A DNA stretch of 64,000 nt from Elusimicrobiota bacterium (GTDB lineage Bacteria > Elusimicrobiota > Elusimicrobia > UBA1565 > JACRDR01), in NCBI GenBank assembly GCA_041694815.1, contig JBGFSC010000021.1, positions 1-64,000 of the forward strand. The letters are read 5' to 3'. A model generated the notes under the pieces. It saw only the letters and a list, made by a program, of their open reading frames with translations. It was not told the DNA's origin and ran no database searches. The translations under genes and the position numbers were made by a program. Each line of letters opens with the position of its first letter. Position 1 is the first letter of the stretch. Positions 28,401-36,476 of this stretch are shown here, one piece after another.

Positions 28401-31400
28401 GCCGCCGATGGCGTAAATCTTGCCTCGGGCAGCCGCGGCGGCAAGCCCCATGCGCGCGTTCGGCATCGGGGCCCGCGCGGTCCAAGTGTCGGCCGCTGGG
28501 TCGTATTCTTCGTTGATATTGAGTCGGGAACCGTTCGTGCCGCCGAGGACGTAGATCTTGCCTCCGATGACTGCCGCCGCCATACGGCTCCGGCCGGTCG
28601 GCATCGGCGCCTTCGTCACCCAGTTGTTGGCTTGGAGGTCGTATTTTTCGGTCTTGGTTAATGCGGCCGAACCGCCGATTACATAGACATTGCTCGAAAC
28701 GGAGGCGGCAATCATGTAGCTCCGGGTGATCGGCGCCTTCGAATCCCATTGATTCGTCAGGGTGTCGTAGGCGTCCGTCTCCGCGAAGTCCCCGCCAAAG
28801 GCGTAGATCGTCTTGTTGATGGCCGCCGCGGCCAATCCGGCCTTGGCGGAGGTAATATCCGGCAGGCCCGCCCAGGTTTCGCTCGCGGGATTATAAGCCT
28901 CAAACGCCTGGGTAGGTATCGGTCCGGTAGTCTTACCTGCCACTACGTAAATCTTCCCATCCAGCGCCGCGGCCGCGGCCTCGGTACGCGGTGTGGTGAT
29001 CGGCTTGGTGGAGGTCCAGGTATTGAAAGCGGGGTCATACACCTCGTTTTTATCCAGAATGCTAGCTCCATTGTAGCCGCCGACCGCGTAAATTTTGCCC
29101 AAGACTGCCGCGGCCGTAAGATCATAGCGGCCCGTGATCATGGAGCTGACGACCGTCCAAGTATTTCCCTTTCTCCAAGCGCCATAGGCTCCATCCTTGG
29201 CGATATTCGTGGCCGACAGGCCCTGGTCGAGGTTCATGAAGGCCGGAGTCGGGGCATAGGCCGAGGCGACAATGGTGTTGCTCGTCACCTCATCAATGTA
29301 GACCTGAGTCGGGGTGGCCGAGAGTGTCAAGGTCGAGCCGATGGTCAGATAGGGGCTGGCGACGGAATTATGATTGACGGCCCGGACGAAGGCCGTATAG
29401 GTAGTGTTGTCGAGCAGGCCGCTCACCGTCGCGAACGGAGTGGCGCCGGTCGGCGCAGTCGACAGCCTCACGTCACCACTGTAGTTTAAAGTGGGCAAAC
29501 TGCCCGTTGTGAACACGACCGTGTATGTGGTCACATTGATTGGATTCCCGTTGCTGTTCCACTTCACGCTGACATTGTTGGCGTTGACCTTCGCGATGGC
29601 ATTGGCCACCAAGGACGGGGTCGCCGCAAGCGACGCGGTGGAACCCAAGAAGGAGTAATTCGTCTGAACGCCGGCATGGTTAACCGCGTTGACGAATAGA
29701 GAGTAGGTGGTGTTGGGGGAGAGGCCCGCCAGCATCACGGAGGCGAAGTTAATCGTGACGGTCGACGCGTTTCCGCTGTTGGAATTTGGGTAGTCCGAAG
29801 AGGTCGTCAACACGACCGTGTAGGTCGTGACCCCGATCGGGTTCGTGCCGCCAAGCCACGTGGAGGCGATCGAGTACGAGGAGATCGAAGTAAACGTCGG
29901 GCTCGCCTGGACCGCGAGCGCGGCGAGGGTCACCGTCGACACTGAAGTCGGGTTATAGGCGATATAATCGCCCCAGACGGCCGCCACCCAGAAGTGATAG
30001 GTCGTATTTGTCAACAAGGAACCGGGTGACAGCGGGGAAGCGGCTCCGACGGCGCTATAGATGTCGCCGCTGAAATCTGATGCCGTCGTCGCATCCACCC
30101 GATAGGCGTCGGCGTTCGGGGTAGTACCGCTGAAGGCGATCGTGGCGCTCGAGACGTATGACGCGCTGACCGAAGGCGCGCCGGGCGGATCGGGCGTCTT
30201 CGAGGCCTCGGCGGTCCCTCCAGTGGAGCCTAGGTTGGCCCTAGCCCCATTGGGCGAGGGCTCGGAGGAAAACGCCTCGCTGGGCTCTGCGGCGTCTAGG
30301 GTTCCCGAGGTAGTCGTATCGCTGACAAAGCCGCCGGGAGTCCAGCGTCCTGCCTGCGAGCGAGGATGGAAATTTTCTGTTCCTACGGAGGGATCGAACC
30401 ATCGCGGATTTAGGGAGATCGAATCGCGGTCATAACCCGTCGCGTTCTGCCAGCCGCCCGAAGACAGGGAGTAGGCGTAATTTCCCCATATCGCCGTATT
30501 GACGCCGTTGGGGCTAAACCAGTCGTTATAGTCGGAATAAAACGTCGATTGGCTGTCGGTTCCGACTACGATCGAGGCCGACGAGCCGCTCACCGTCCAG
30601 GAACTTAAAAAGATGTTGCTTTTCACGGTATTGCCAGTTGAAAACGAGCTCAGGCGTATCTGGTAGGCGTCCGTCAGACTGGTACCGGTGCTGTTGAAAT
30701 CGTTGAATTTCAAGGCGCTGCCAACCGTCGCCGAGAAGAATATGGTTTCGACGCTGCCCGCGTTGATCATGCCCGGATTTGAAAAGCGGTTGTGGTCGAT
30801 CGCCAATTGCGAGGAGTTGTAGGCATATAGGCCGTAACTGCGGTTCCCCGCGCCGCCTCCCGCGTTGCGCCAATAAATCCCATTATTTCGAACGACAGCG
30901 CTGCTCACCTTGCTGAAATAGAGCCCATACGTGCTCCAGCTCGCTGGCGGAGTTACCAATACCGTATTGGAGGTAAGGAAAATAGACGCGCTGGCCACGG
31001 GCGTCGAAATCAAAATTCCGTACCGCGCCCCGGATAAGACGGTATTGGTCGCAAGAACAATACTGCCGGCCGCGCCGATATCGATCGATACTCCAGCTCC
31101 CTGGCTGCCGCCGACAATCGTGTTCAACGACGCCGTCAGGCTTACATTCCCTCCTGTAAGCCTTAGGCCGTCTCCGGTCGAGGCGCTGGCCTCGAATTGG
31201 CAGGCGTTAAGCGTTGTCCCCGTTGAGCCAAAGACGCGGATGGCGCCTGAGCCTCGAATATAGGTCCCGGTGATCGTGATGGAAGACACGGCGTCGAGGT
31301 CGGCCCCAAAGCCGCCTCCGCTGGTGATACTGCTGTTGCTTATCGTATTGTACGCGGCACCGCTGTACAATGACGCCGCCGTAGCGTTGATGCCGGAATT

Positions 31401-32987
31401 GGATATATAGCTCTGAGTAATGGTGTTTGAGGAAGCACCCCCGACCGCTAAGGTGGCCCAGCCGCCATTACTGATCATGGAGCTTTGGCCTATCGTATTG
31501 TTGTAAACACCCGAGCCGGATAGCGCGGCCGCGGCGCCGGAGGGGTTGGACATCGTGCTGCCCAAAAATTGATTCCAAGCGGAATAATAAAGATAGAGGG
31601 CGTACTGCGAGCCGTTGCTGGTGATGGTGCTTTGGCTGATCACGTTGTAGGAAGAAAATTCCAAGTAGGCGGCGATGCCTGAAGGATTCGACATATAGGA
31701 CTGGGTAACCGTATTAGAAGAGGAAGAAATGAGGCGCAACGCCCCCGCGCCAGAAACGTTGCTCGTCATGGAGCTTCGACTGATCGTGTTATAGTTCGAG
31801 GCAGACTCAATTTTAACCGCGTTGTCTGCTGGATTGGCGAAATTGCTTTCAATAATGCTGTTGGAGGAAGCGGCGATAAGCGATAGAGCGGCTGCCGATA
31901 GCACATTGGTCGTAGCCGTGCTGTTGGAGATCGTCGAATTGCTCCCGACGAGCTGAATGCCGTGGGCGCTAGTCATCGTGACGCTGGAATAAGACAGCGA
32001 TGAGAAACTGCTGATAACGATGCCCGCCGTAGTAATGGGAGTATAGACGGAGACGCTGCTGATACGCACCTGCGCCGAAGAGGCGAAAATGCCGTATTTG
32101 TGGTCCATCGCGGTCATCGGCCTGATCTCGAGGCCCTGCACCACGACGCTGGTGTTGCGGATCGTAAATACCGCGCTGCTTGTCGCCACGGTATTAGGCC
32201 CCAACACAGGCCTCGAACTCACGAAGGTCGGGTCCGACATGACCTTAAGCAGATAGCCGTTGCTGGCAAAGCCCTCCACCGTTACCCGCTCCGTGTATGT
32301 CGCCGTATCCCGGATCACCACGCAGGTATCCGTCGTCAGATTTTTGTTTAGAGCGCTGATGGCGGCCTGAATACTCGAATAGGTTCGGCTGCCGTCCTTG
32401 GCCACGTTATTGCCTGCGCCGCAGCCGGGGGGCAACTCGGGATGTGTCGTGGCGCTGCTCAAATTCAGCGGCCCCGCATCGTCGCCATCCATATAAGACG
32501 TAAAAATCCGGGCGAAATAGGTGGTATTATCGCGCAGTCCGATAACTGTGGCACTATTGCCGAAACTAAAAGCGGTAAACGTGCTGCCGCTGAAATCGGA
32601 CATGGACGACACCGTAACGATGTACTGCGCCCCGGCAGGGTTGCCGGGGTTAGACCACTGGAACGTGATGGAGGTGATGAACACGGTCGACGAGACGTTG
32701 ACGGGAGACTGCACGAGCGCCGAGAAATAGCCGGCCTCGGCCGTCGTTTTCGACACGAGCTCCTGCATCCCGAGCGTGCCAACTTGACCGAGGCTTACGT
32801 CGACCGTCACCCCACCGCCGCTCAAACCCACGCTGCCGGCCGCGCCGGTGGTCAGGTCATCGACGATGACGGTGCTCCCATTGGATTTCTGCCCAGCCGC
32901 GAACAGCGGCTGAACGGCCCATAGAGCGGCCGCGCAGAGCATCAGCGGCGCTTTTCGTGCGATCGTCTTTAGGTGACTACCGATCAC
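22419..32987 (-). CDS. Giant (3522 aa) surface protein: beta-helix, many FN3-like repeats, Kelch propeller, T9SS-type/FlgD-Ig C-terminal domain
   Basis: Repeats W..NGNP.GT.Y.A.ISTDNF...L..NTTYY..V.A; GKIYxxGG Kelch blades; C-terminus FPNP..IFDIAG..WDL.N..G..VASGVY..KIAVVK. Confidence 0.9.
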   Translation of the reverse strand: MIGSHLKTIARKAPLMLCAAALWAVQPLFAAGQKSNGSTVIVDDLTTGAAGSVGLSGGGVTVDVSLGQVGTLGMQELVSKTTAEAGYFSALVQSPVNVSSTVFITSITFQWSNPGNPAGAQYIVTVSSMSDFSGSTFTAFSFGNSATVIGLRDNTTYFARIFTSYMDGDDAGPLNLSSATTHPELPPGCGAGNNVAKDGSRTYSSIQAAISALNKNLTTDTCVVIRDTATYTERVTVEGFASNGYLLKVMSDPTFVSSRPVLGPNTVATSSAVFTIRNTSVVVQGLEIRPMTAMDHKYGIFASSAQVRISSVSVYTPITTAGIVISSFSSLSYSSVTMTSAHGIQLVGSNSTISNSTATTNVLSAAALSLIAASSNSIIESNFANPADNAVKIESASNYNTISRSSMTSNVSGAGALRLISSSSNTVTQSYMSNPSGIAAYLEFSSYNVISQSTITSNGSQYALYLYYSAWNQFLGSTMSNPSGAAAALSGSGVYNNTIGQSSMISNGGWATLAVGGASSNTITQSYISNSGINATAASLYSGAAYNTISNSSITSGGGFGADLDAVSSITITGTYIRGSGAIRVFGSTGTTLNACQFEASASTGDGLRLTGGNVSLTASLNTIVGGSQGAGVSIDIGAAGSIVLATNTVLSGARYGILISTPVASASIFLTSNTVLVTPPASWSTYGLYFSKVSSAVVRNNGIYWRNAGGGAGNRSYGLYAYNSSQLAIDHNRFSNPGMINAGSVETIFFSATVGSALKFNDFNSTGTSLTDAYQIRLSSFSTGNTVKSNIFLSSWTVSGSSASIVVGTDSQSTFYSDYNDWFSPNGVNTAIWGNYAYSLSSGGWQNATGYDRDSISLNPRWFDPSVGTENFHPRSQAGRWTPGGFVSDTTTSGTLDAAEPSEAFSSEPSPNGARANLGSTGGTAEASKTPDPPGAPSVSASYVSSATIAFSGTTPNADAYRVDATTASDFSGDIYSAVGAASPLSPGSLLTNTTYHFWVAAVWGDYIAYNPTSVSTVTLAALAVQASPTFTSISSYSIASTWLGGTNPIGVTTYTVVLTTSSDYPNSNSGNASTVTINFASVMLAGLSPNTTYSLFVNAVNHAGVQTNYSFLGSTASLAATPSLVANAIAKVNANNVSVKWNSNGNPINVTTYTVVFTTGSLPTLNYSGDVRLSTAPTGATPFATVSGLLDNTTYTAFVRAVNHNSVASPYLTIGSTLTLSATPTQVYIDEVTSNTIVASAYAPTPAFMNLDQGLSATNIAKDGAYGAWRKGNTWTVVSSMITGRYDLTAAAVLGKIYAVGGYNGASILDKNEVYDPAFNTWTSTKPITTPRTEAAAAALDGKIYVVAGKTTGPIPTQAFEAYNPASETWAGLPDITSAKAGLAAAAINKTIYAFGGDFAETDAYDTLTNQWDSKAPITRSYMIAASVSSNVYVIGGSAALTKTEKYDLQANNWVTKAPMPTGRSRMAAAVIGGKIYVLGGTNGSRLNINEEYDPAADTWTARAPMPNARMGLAAAAARGKIYAIGGDDGTGHNRNEEYDPGVSAVFNGLTPNTLYTFKAKSRNAAGTESPESPSFSTYTFAAQPLELAAPFLSIHADSVTFQWGANNNPGSTEYRFQISSSAAFNFPGDQISAWGVMGSSSALGLIPNTLYYLRAKARNTYGTETDYASIGSTRTRAAPPGAAAFSNVSAAGLRANWNANGNPVGTQYVAEISTDNFISLNLASTTVNSFAQFGTGGFGPALLANTTYFLKVKAISADNVSSSFTALGSTSTLANPPTSASLATNVTSISLTWNTNANSTWTLYNAQISTDSFGSVNASSVTFGSTATFAGLTSNATYYLKVQALNSGGTGTSFTSALTTATLVAAPVALAPSGVGSGQITANWGINGNSTHTVYTAQISTYSGFSPSSPNAEVGQSSQTFNNNAIFAGLLSANTYYFRVKAQGFTGETAFVMLPSTITLPQPPGLASPTYTKVEISSVSVQWTANGNGPSTLYVAQVSTDDFATINASSSTLSLSALFGATGEGPALIANTSYYFRVQANNGALGSSVLPLGSTATLAAAPIAAAVSNIDTTTVQVNWGGNGNPMMKTTFTVLVSTGPSPYNNGFSGNLSSNTLYTSLMRPGLTPNTTYYFDVRARNHNGIETSVAALGSTVTWAAAPIASNIVFGESWVSPVWTPNNNPTGTLYVAEISTDNFVTVNLSSTTASNSARFGAGGYGPALAANTLYYLRTKAVNYNGVSSTFTVIGSTFTQAVYPMSPTTSVSVSSAVLVWSPSVNPVGTLYRAQISTDSFATVNNSSQTLSTAAVFVGLLANTSYFLRVEAINGFGLATGFVTAAATATTVALPISQAPSAVAATSLTLNWGGNSNSTNTVYTAQISTYASFSPASGSNEISATTDTLNNSVAFSGLLASTTYYARVQARGYSATTAFVILPSTITTPLPPAVATPRFLATNVSNIVVQWSDGGNGPGTVYVAEIADNAGFSPVLFSSSTANLSANFGTGGAGGALIANTTYFFQVKATNGSLSSGFIQLGSTSTLAAAPVADTPLFTALSSESIRANWTSTNPLGTRYVAVFSTGASPSTNAFAGNASSSTLNSFAVAPVSLIPNTTYFVDVRAINNNDVATAVVPLGSTATLAALPTALPYTAVTGASLQANWSNAGNPLNRTTYTVVLSSGASPSTNGFGGNQLSSVTATSKVFSGLTPNTVYFVEVQALNFNGMATAFASMGSTATLANAPTSPAAVAAGISAITMSWNTNSNPAGTTFLAQVSTDNFSTVSASSQTLSSTATFSGLASNTTYYLQVSAISFSGAATAAVPAPSSATLPAPPIAAAQTAISSYSITANWLGNGNSTNTFYLAQISTDSFNTVNDSSRTLNTSAVFSGLAPGATYAFQVRAEGYSQSTAFVALGSTRTLIPPPGAVVPALANVSEFSLEARWSPGDNGPQTSYAAEISVDNFATVLLTSTTLSTSAVFGGGAFTLTPNTTHYLRVRATNGAAASAFLNIGSTATLATVPTAAAFTNVSSSALTANWTANGNPAGTRYRAVLSSGASPSTNGFAGNLSSTTLSLSSLFSGLTLNVTYYVDVQAINHNGVATAFAVLGSTLTQLTVDVTPPAAVTDLSASASSTTVSAGQVLLTWTSPGDDGAVGTITTGKTAVQYSTFTAGVVYSTQNAQVVTVTANMIPGTKRSQTISGLTPGTTYFFRMWVQDTIGNWSGISNSTAAVAFGATQITGHVMNVSSQGITAVQIDCTASGYSQTVFTVADGSGSFTLNNVPPGVYKLQATWTANGITSSVWQDNIAVGSVNVDFVLNVNYTLSTLTGTLHTLTVSKSGGFSPSRYAPASSIITAQDFAKSHVELYVEGRKAAEVAVAPNGRWTIPNLLPGKYGVRAYNGLEYTEMNTIQLGEGETKDVGFVVNPLPNDKVFAFPNPARRSTTIRFATSLAPLEAQVMIFDIAGNLLREIPGSEMVSSAPGVYHAAWDLNNSRGEGVASGVYLFTVKVRGGSEQQTASVTKKIAVVK

Positions 32988-33020
32988 TTTTCCTCGATCT
33001 GGAGAATCACTGAACCAGCA

Positions 33021-34664
33021 TTATTGGCACACGATCCTGACACAGGCTCCGCCCGACACCGAGCTGACGCTGCACGAATTAACCCCGACGCAGTCAAATT
33101 TGATAAAGCGAGTGGCACCGCCCATATAGAGTATCGATGGACAGGTGCTGCTGGAGTCGTCGCCGACGGCGAATGTCACCACCCTTCCGGAACTGCAGTT
33201 GGCAGTCGCCGTACACGGATGCATGCAGCCGGCTGGGACCACTTCCGGCGTGCGGCTGAGTCCGAGGTATGTTCCCCCGTTCTCGGACACCTGGAATTTG
33301 TTAGACGTTGAATCGAAGTAAATCGCCCCTTGGCCTGCCGAGGAGAGAGGGGGCGCCGAGACGCCGGCGAGTGTCATGGAACTGCGCAGGATCATGCCGC
33401 CGTCGACGTCCAGCTTTCTTGCCGGCGACGTGGTGCCGATGCCGACGCTCCCTACGCTTGTTACGGTCAATGTTGCGGTTCCCACTTGGAATAAGGTTCC
33501 TGCTGCCGGCGCTGACACTCCCAAGGTCAACGTGTCGTAAATACGGACATTCCTGCTACCGACCACGGTTCCGGCTCCTACGACGCTCATGGAGTTTGCA
33601 TCAAAGATTCGGTAATCGATTGATCCGGCGTCGGTGGCGTCTCCCGCATTCTGCTGCATCCGCCACTGCCTGCCTCCCAGGTTCGCCATCGATGTGGAAT
33701 CGCTGCCCGCCGAACCGCTGATGCTCAACGGCGCCTGCGGATTCGTCGTCCCGATCCCTACCCTTCCGGTGCTTGTAATCTGCATGACCCGATCGTTTAT
33801 ATTCGGTCCCGTGCTCACGATTAACGGGATGACGCCGGCGGACCCTTGGATCTCCATTCTCGATATGGGGCTGGTGGTCCCGACTCCGACGGTTCCATCC
33901 GCCCGCACGACGAGCCGATCCTGCCCCCCGCCCGAGGAAGCCTGAAATACGAAAACCGACGCGGAGCCCACCGATGTGGAGACATGCAAGGTCGCGGTCG
34001 GCGCTGTCGTCCCGATGCCCACGTTTCCGCCCTGGTTGATCTGGAAAACCTTCGCGTTTACGGACGAGTCGTAAAAAGCGATGTTGTCCGCAGGAGCCCC
34101 GTAATTCTCGGTCAAAAGCCATTTCTCCGAATCAGAGCGCGAGAAGGTGAGGGTAGGATTGGAGCCTCCGGACTCATTGATCCTTATGGCCGGATTGCTG
34201 CCGGTAATCTTGAAGTTCCGGCTATTGATGAACACCTCGGTAGATATCGTCACTCCGGCCCCGTAGGGATTGCCGACCAGCGTCGTCGCGCTGGAGGCGT
34301 ACATGGCAAAAGGGGTGGCGGTCAGCCGCTCGCGCGGAGATAACGTTGTCGCGGGTGGATCGATGCTGCCGACGACTACCTCGACCCACCATTGCCCGCT
34401 GGTCAGGTCCACGCTGGCGGGCACCGTGAACGTGGAGCGGAAAAGACCGTTCGTGACGCCGACGCCCTGGCTGCCCGTATCGATGCAGCCGCCGCCGCTC
34501 TCGCTGGGGCAGAGATAAATCCTCACGAATCGATTGCCCGTGACGGGTATATTCGACTCCTTCAGTCGTCCCTGATACGTCGCGATGCTGGGCGCCGCCC
34601 CCCATGTTTCGCCAGCCGAAAAGGCCGCCAGGGTGGCCGCCAGGATAATGTTTGTCCTTTTCAT
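33021..34664 (-). CDS. Exported fibre-like protein with GxVGIGTT repeats
   Basis: AAGGAG RBS, signal peptide, YQGRL N-domain, four GNVGIGTT-type repeats, Cys-rich tip. Confidence 0.8.
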   Translation of the reverse strand: MKRTNIILAATLAAFSAGETWGAAPSIATYQGRLKESNIPVTGNRFVRIYLCPSESGGGCIDTGSQGVGVTNGLFRSTFTVPASVDLTSGQWWVEVVVGSIDPPATTLSPRERLTATPFAMYASSATTLVGNPYGAGVTISTEVFINSRNFKITGSNPAIRINESGGSNPTLTFSRSDSEKWLLTENYGAPADNIAFYDSSVNAKVFQINQGGNVGIGTTAPTATLHVSTSVGSASVFVFQASSGGGQDRLVVRADGTVGVGTTSPISRMEIQGSAGVIPLIVSTGPNINDRVMQITSTGRVGIGTTNPQAPLSISGSAGSDSTSMANLGGRQWRMQQNAGDATDAGSIDYRIFDANSMSVVGAGTVVGSRNVRIYDTLTLGVSAPAAGTLFQVGTATLTVTSVGSVGIGTTSPARKLDVDGGMILRSSMTLAGVSAPPLSSAGQGAIYFDSTSNKFQVSENGGTYLGLSRTPEVVPAGCMHPCTATANCSSGRVVTFAVGDDSSSTCPSILYMGGATRFIKFDCVGVNSCSVSSVSGGACVRIVCQ

Positions 34665-34674
34665 ATTCGTCTCC

Positions 34675-35688
34675 TTACCTGCCATGGGTGCCTCCGAAGC
34701 GGAGGGATGCGGAAAAGCGATGGGCGTTGCCGAGCTCCCCGTAAGGCATGATGGCGTAGTCCAGGCTGCCCAATTTCGAATTAAAGCCCGCGCCCATGAA
34801 CATGCCGTAGAACTCCGAAAGGCCCGAGCCCGTGCTGCCTAAGGCCTTGCCCAGCACCGCCCCGCGCTGGACGCTGCTGAAGGTGCGGTACCCCGCGCGG
34901 AGGTTGAACGGCCCGAAGGCCGCGTACTCGAAGCCGAGCCGCAGCACCGGGTCGGAATCCCGCGCGAAATCCATGCCGATGCTCAAGGCGTGCGGGAAGG
35001 ATTTCGAGAGCCCGTAGGTCACGCCGGTGCGCAGGACCAGTGGCAGCGGCGAACTTTCCTCCACGAATTTAAGCCCGGTGCCGATATTGGCGAGCCCGAC
35101 GCCGATGGAGAAGGGACGGGAGAAGCGGTAGAGCGCCCCCAAATCCGCGGCGTAGGCCGTGGCCGAATAGGTTCCGATCGTTTCCCGGATGTACTTTCCC
35201 GTGACCCCCAGTCCCAAGCCGCCGAATTTGCGGCCGTAGCTGAGCCCCAAGCACATGTCGGAAGCGCCGAAGGAGCCGTCCGGAGCGGCCGTCTCGCTGG
35301 TGCGCGCCTCGATATCGCCCAGGGTAAGATAGGTCATGCTGATGCCAAAGGGCCGGCGGGCGAAGGCCATCTGCGTGAGCCGGATGTCCTGGATATGAAA
35401 CGACTGAGACATGAATACCTCGTAAGGGCGATATCCCGGCGAGGAAAATGAGGCGGGATAGGCAAGCCCGGCTGGATTGTAATGGATCCCCGACACATCG
35501 TCAGCCATGGCCACGAAGGATTCCCCCATCCCCAGGGCCCGCGCGCCGAAGCCCAGCTTGAGGAAAGCTGCCGACGAGGTTCCCGGGCCGGCGGCCTGAA
35601 CGCCGAGTGAAAAAAGCATTGGGGCTAAAGCGGAAAAGAATATCGCCAGGGCAAGGCGGCGGTGGACGGCTTGAAGCGGGTGTATTAT
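34675..35688 (-). CDS. PorV/PorQ (UPF0164)-family beta-barrel protein, probable ATA start
   Basis: AAFLKLGFGARALGMGE, YNPAGL, DYA..PYGELG.AHRFS; signal peptide complete only from ATA 35688, with AGGAG upstream. Confidence 0.85.
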   Translation of the reverse strand: MIHPLQAVHRRLALAIFFSALAPMLFSLGVQAAGPGTSSAAFLKLGFGARALGMGESFVAMADDVSGIHYNPAGLAYPASFSSPGYRPYEVFMSQSFHIQDIRLTQMAFARRPFGISMTYLTLGDIEARTSETAAPDGSFGASDMCLGLSYGRKFGGLGLGVTGKYIRETIGTYSATAYAADLGALYRFSRPFSIGVGLANIGTGLKFVEESSPLPLVLRTGVTYGLSKSFPHALSIGMDFARDSDPVLRLGFEYAAFGPFNLRAGYRTFSSVQRGAVLGKALGSTGSGLSEFYGMFMGAGFNSKLGSLDYAIMPYGELGNAHRFSASLRFGGTHGR

Positions 35689-35808
35689 CGATTTCTCCTG
35701 ATAAATACCGCACTAATATGGAAGGCTCGTTTGACGATTTTGTTACGGCGGTTATACAAAAATGAGTCGTGACAAAAGTCACAAAGAAGCCTGAAGGAGC
35801 CTCCAAAA

Positions 35809-35837
35809 TTGACAAGAATGGACGCCTCTGTTATCCT
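35809..35837 (+). promoter_or_regulatory. Sigma70-type promoter
   Basis: TTGACA-N17-TATCCT. Confidence 0.7.
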
Positions 35838-35846
35838 ACCCGCGAA

Positions 35847-36476
35847 ATGGGTCGCTTCTCGATAGGAGCGGCGACGGCCCTTGCCTTCTCGATCCATGCG
35901 ACGCCGCTGGCGGCCGTCGAACCGAGCCGCCCCGCGGCTTCCTCCTCCACCTCGCCCGCGGTCGGCATGCCTTCGACGCTCGGCGAGCTGTTGGCCGAAA
36001 TCAAGTCGGCCTACGGCCGCGGCGACTACAACCGTGGGCTGGCGCTGGTCCAGCGGGCCTTCGAGCTCGAGGGCACCGACGTCTCCTCGATGGACCGGAT
36101 CGGCTCGGTGTACTACGTCCTCGGCCGCTACGGGGAAGCCATAACGATCTGGCAGCGCTCGCTCCCTTTGGAGCACAGCCCCTTGCGTCGCCGCCAACTG
36201 GAGAATTCGATCGCGGTCGCCCGCCGCAGCCTGGGGCTGGCCCCGCCGCCGACGGCCGGCGCCCCCGCCGCCAAGCCCATCCGCCGCCGCGCGCGCAAAC
36301 GCGCCGACCCGCGCCAAGTCGCCAAGCTTTACAAGAGCGGCATACGCTACTACGCGCAGGGGGAGTACCTGCAGGCCACCACCGCGTTCCTGCGCGTGCT
36401 GGAGCTCGATCCCGAGAACGCGGACGCCAAACGAGCCCTCAAGCGGCTGCGTTTGGAGCCGGGCCCCGCCCCATGA
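35847..36476 (+). CDS. Exported TPR protein
   Basis: Signal-like N-terminus; TPR motifs (IGSVYYVLGRYGEA; VLELDPEN). Confidence 0.82.
   Translation: MGRFSIGAATALAFSIHATPLAAVEPSRPAASSSTSPAVGMPSTLGELLAEIKSAYGRGDYNRGLALVQRAFELEGTDVSSMDRIGSVYYVLGRYGEAITIWQRSLPLEHSPLRRRQLENSIAVARRSLGLAPPPTAGAPAAKPIRRRARKRADPRQVAKLYKSGIRYYAQGEYLQATTAFLRVLELDPENADAKRALKRLRLEPGPAP

Noticed and set aside
35768..35783. CRP/FNR-like box CGTGA-N6-TCACA between divergent operons
   Set aside because: Single instance whose position does not clearly fit either promoter; not enough support.
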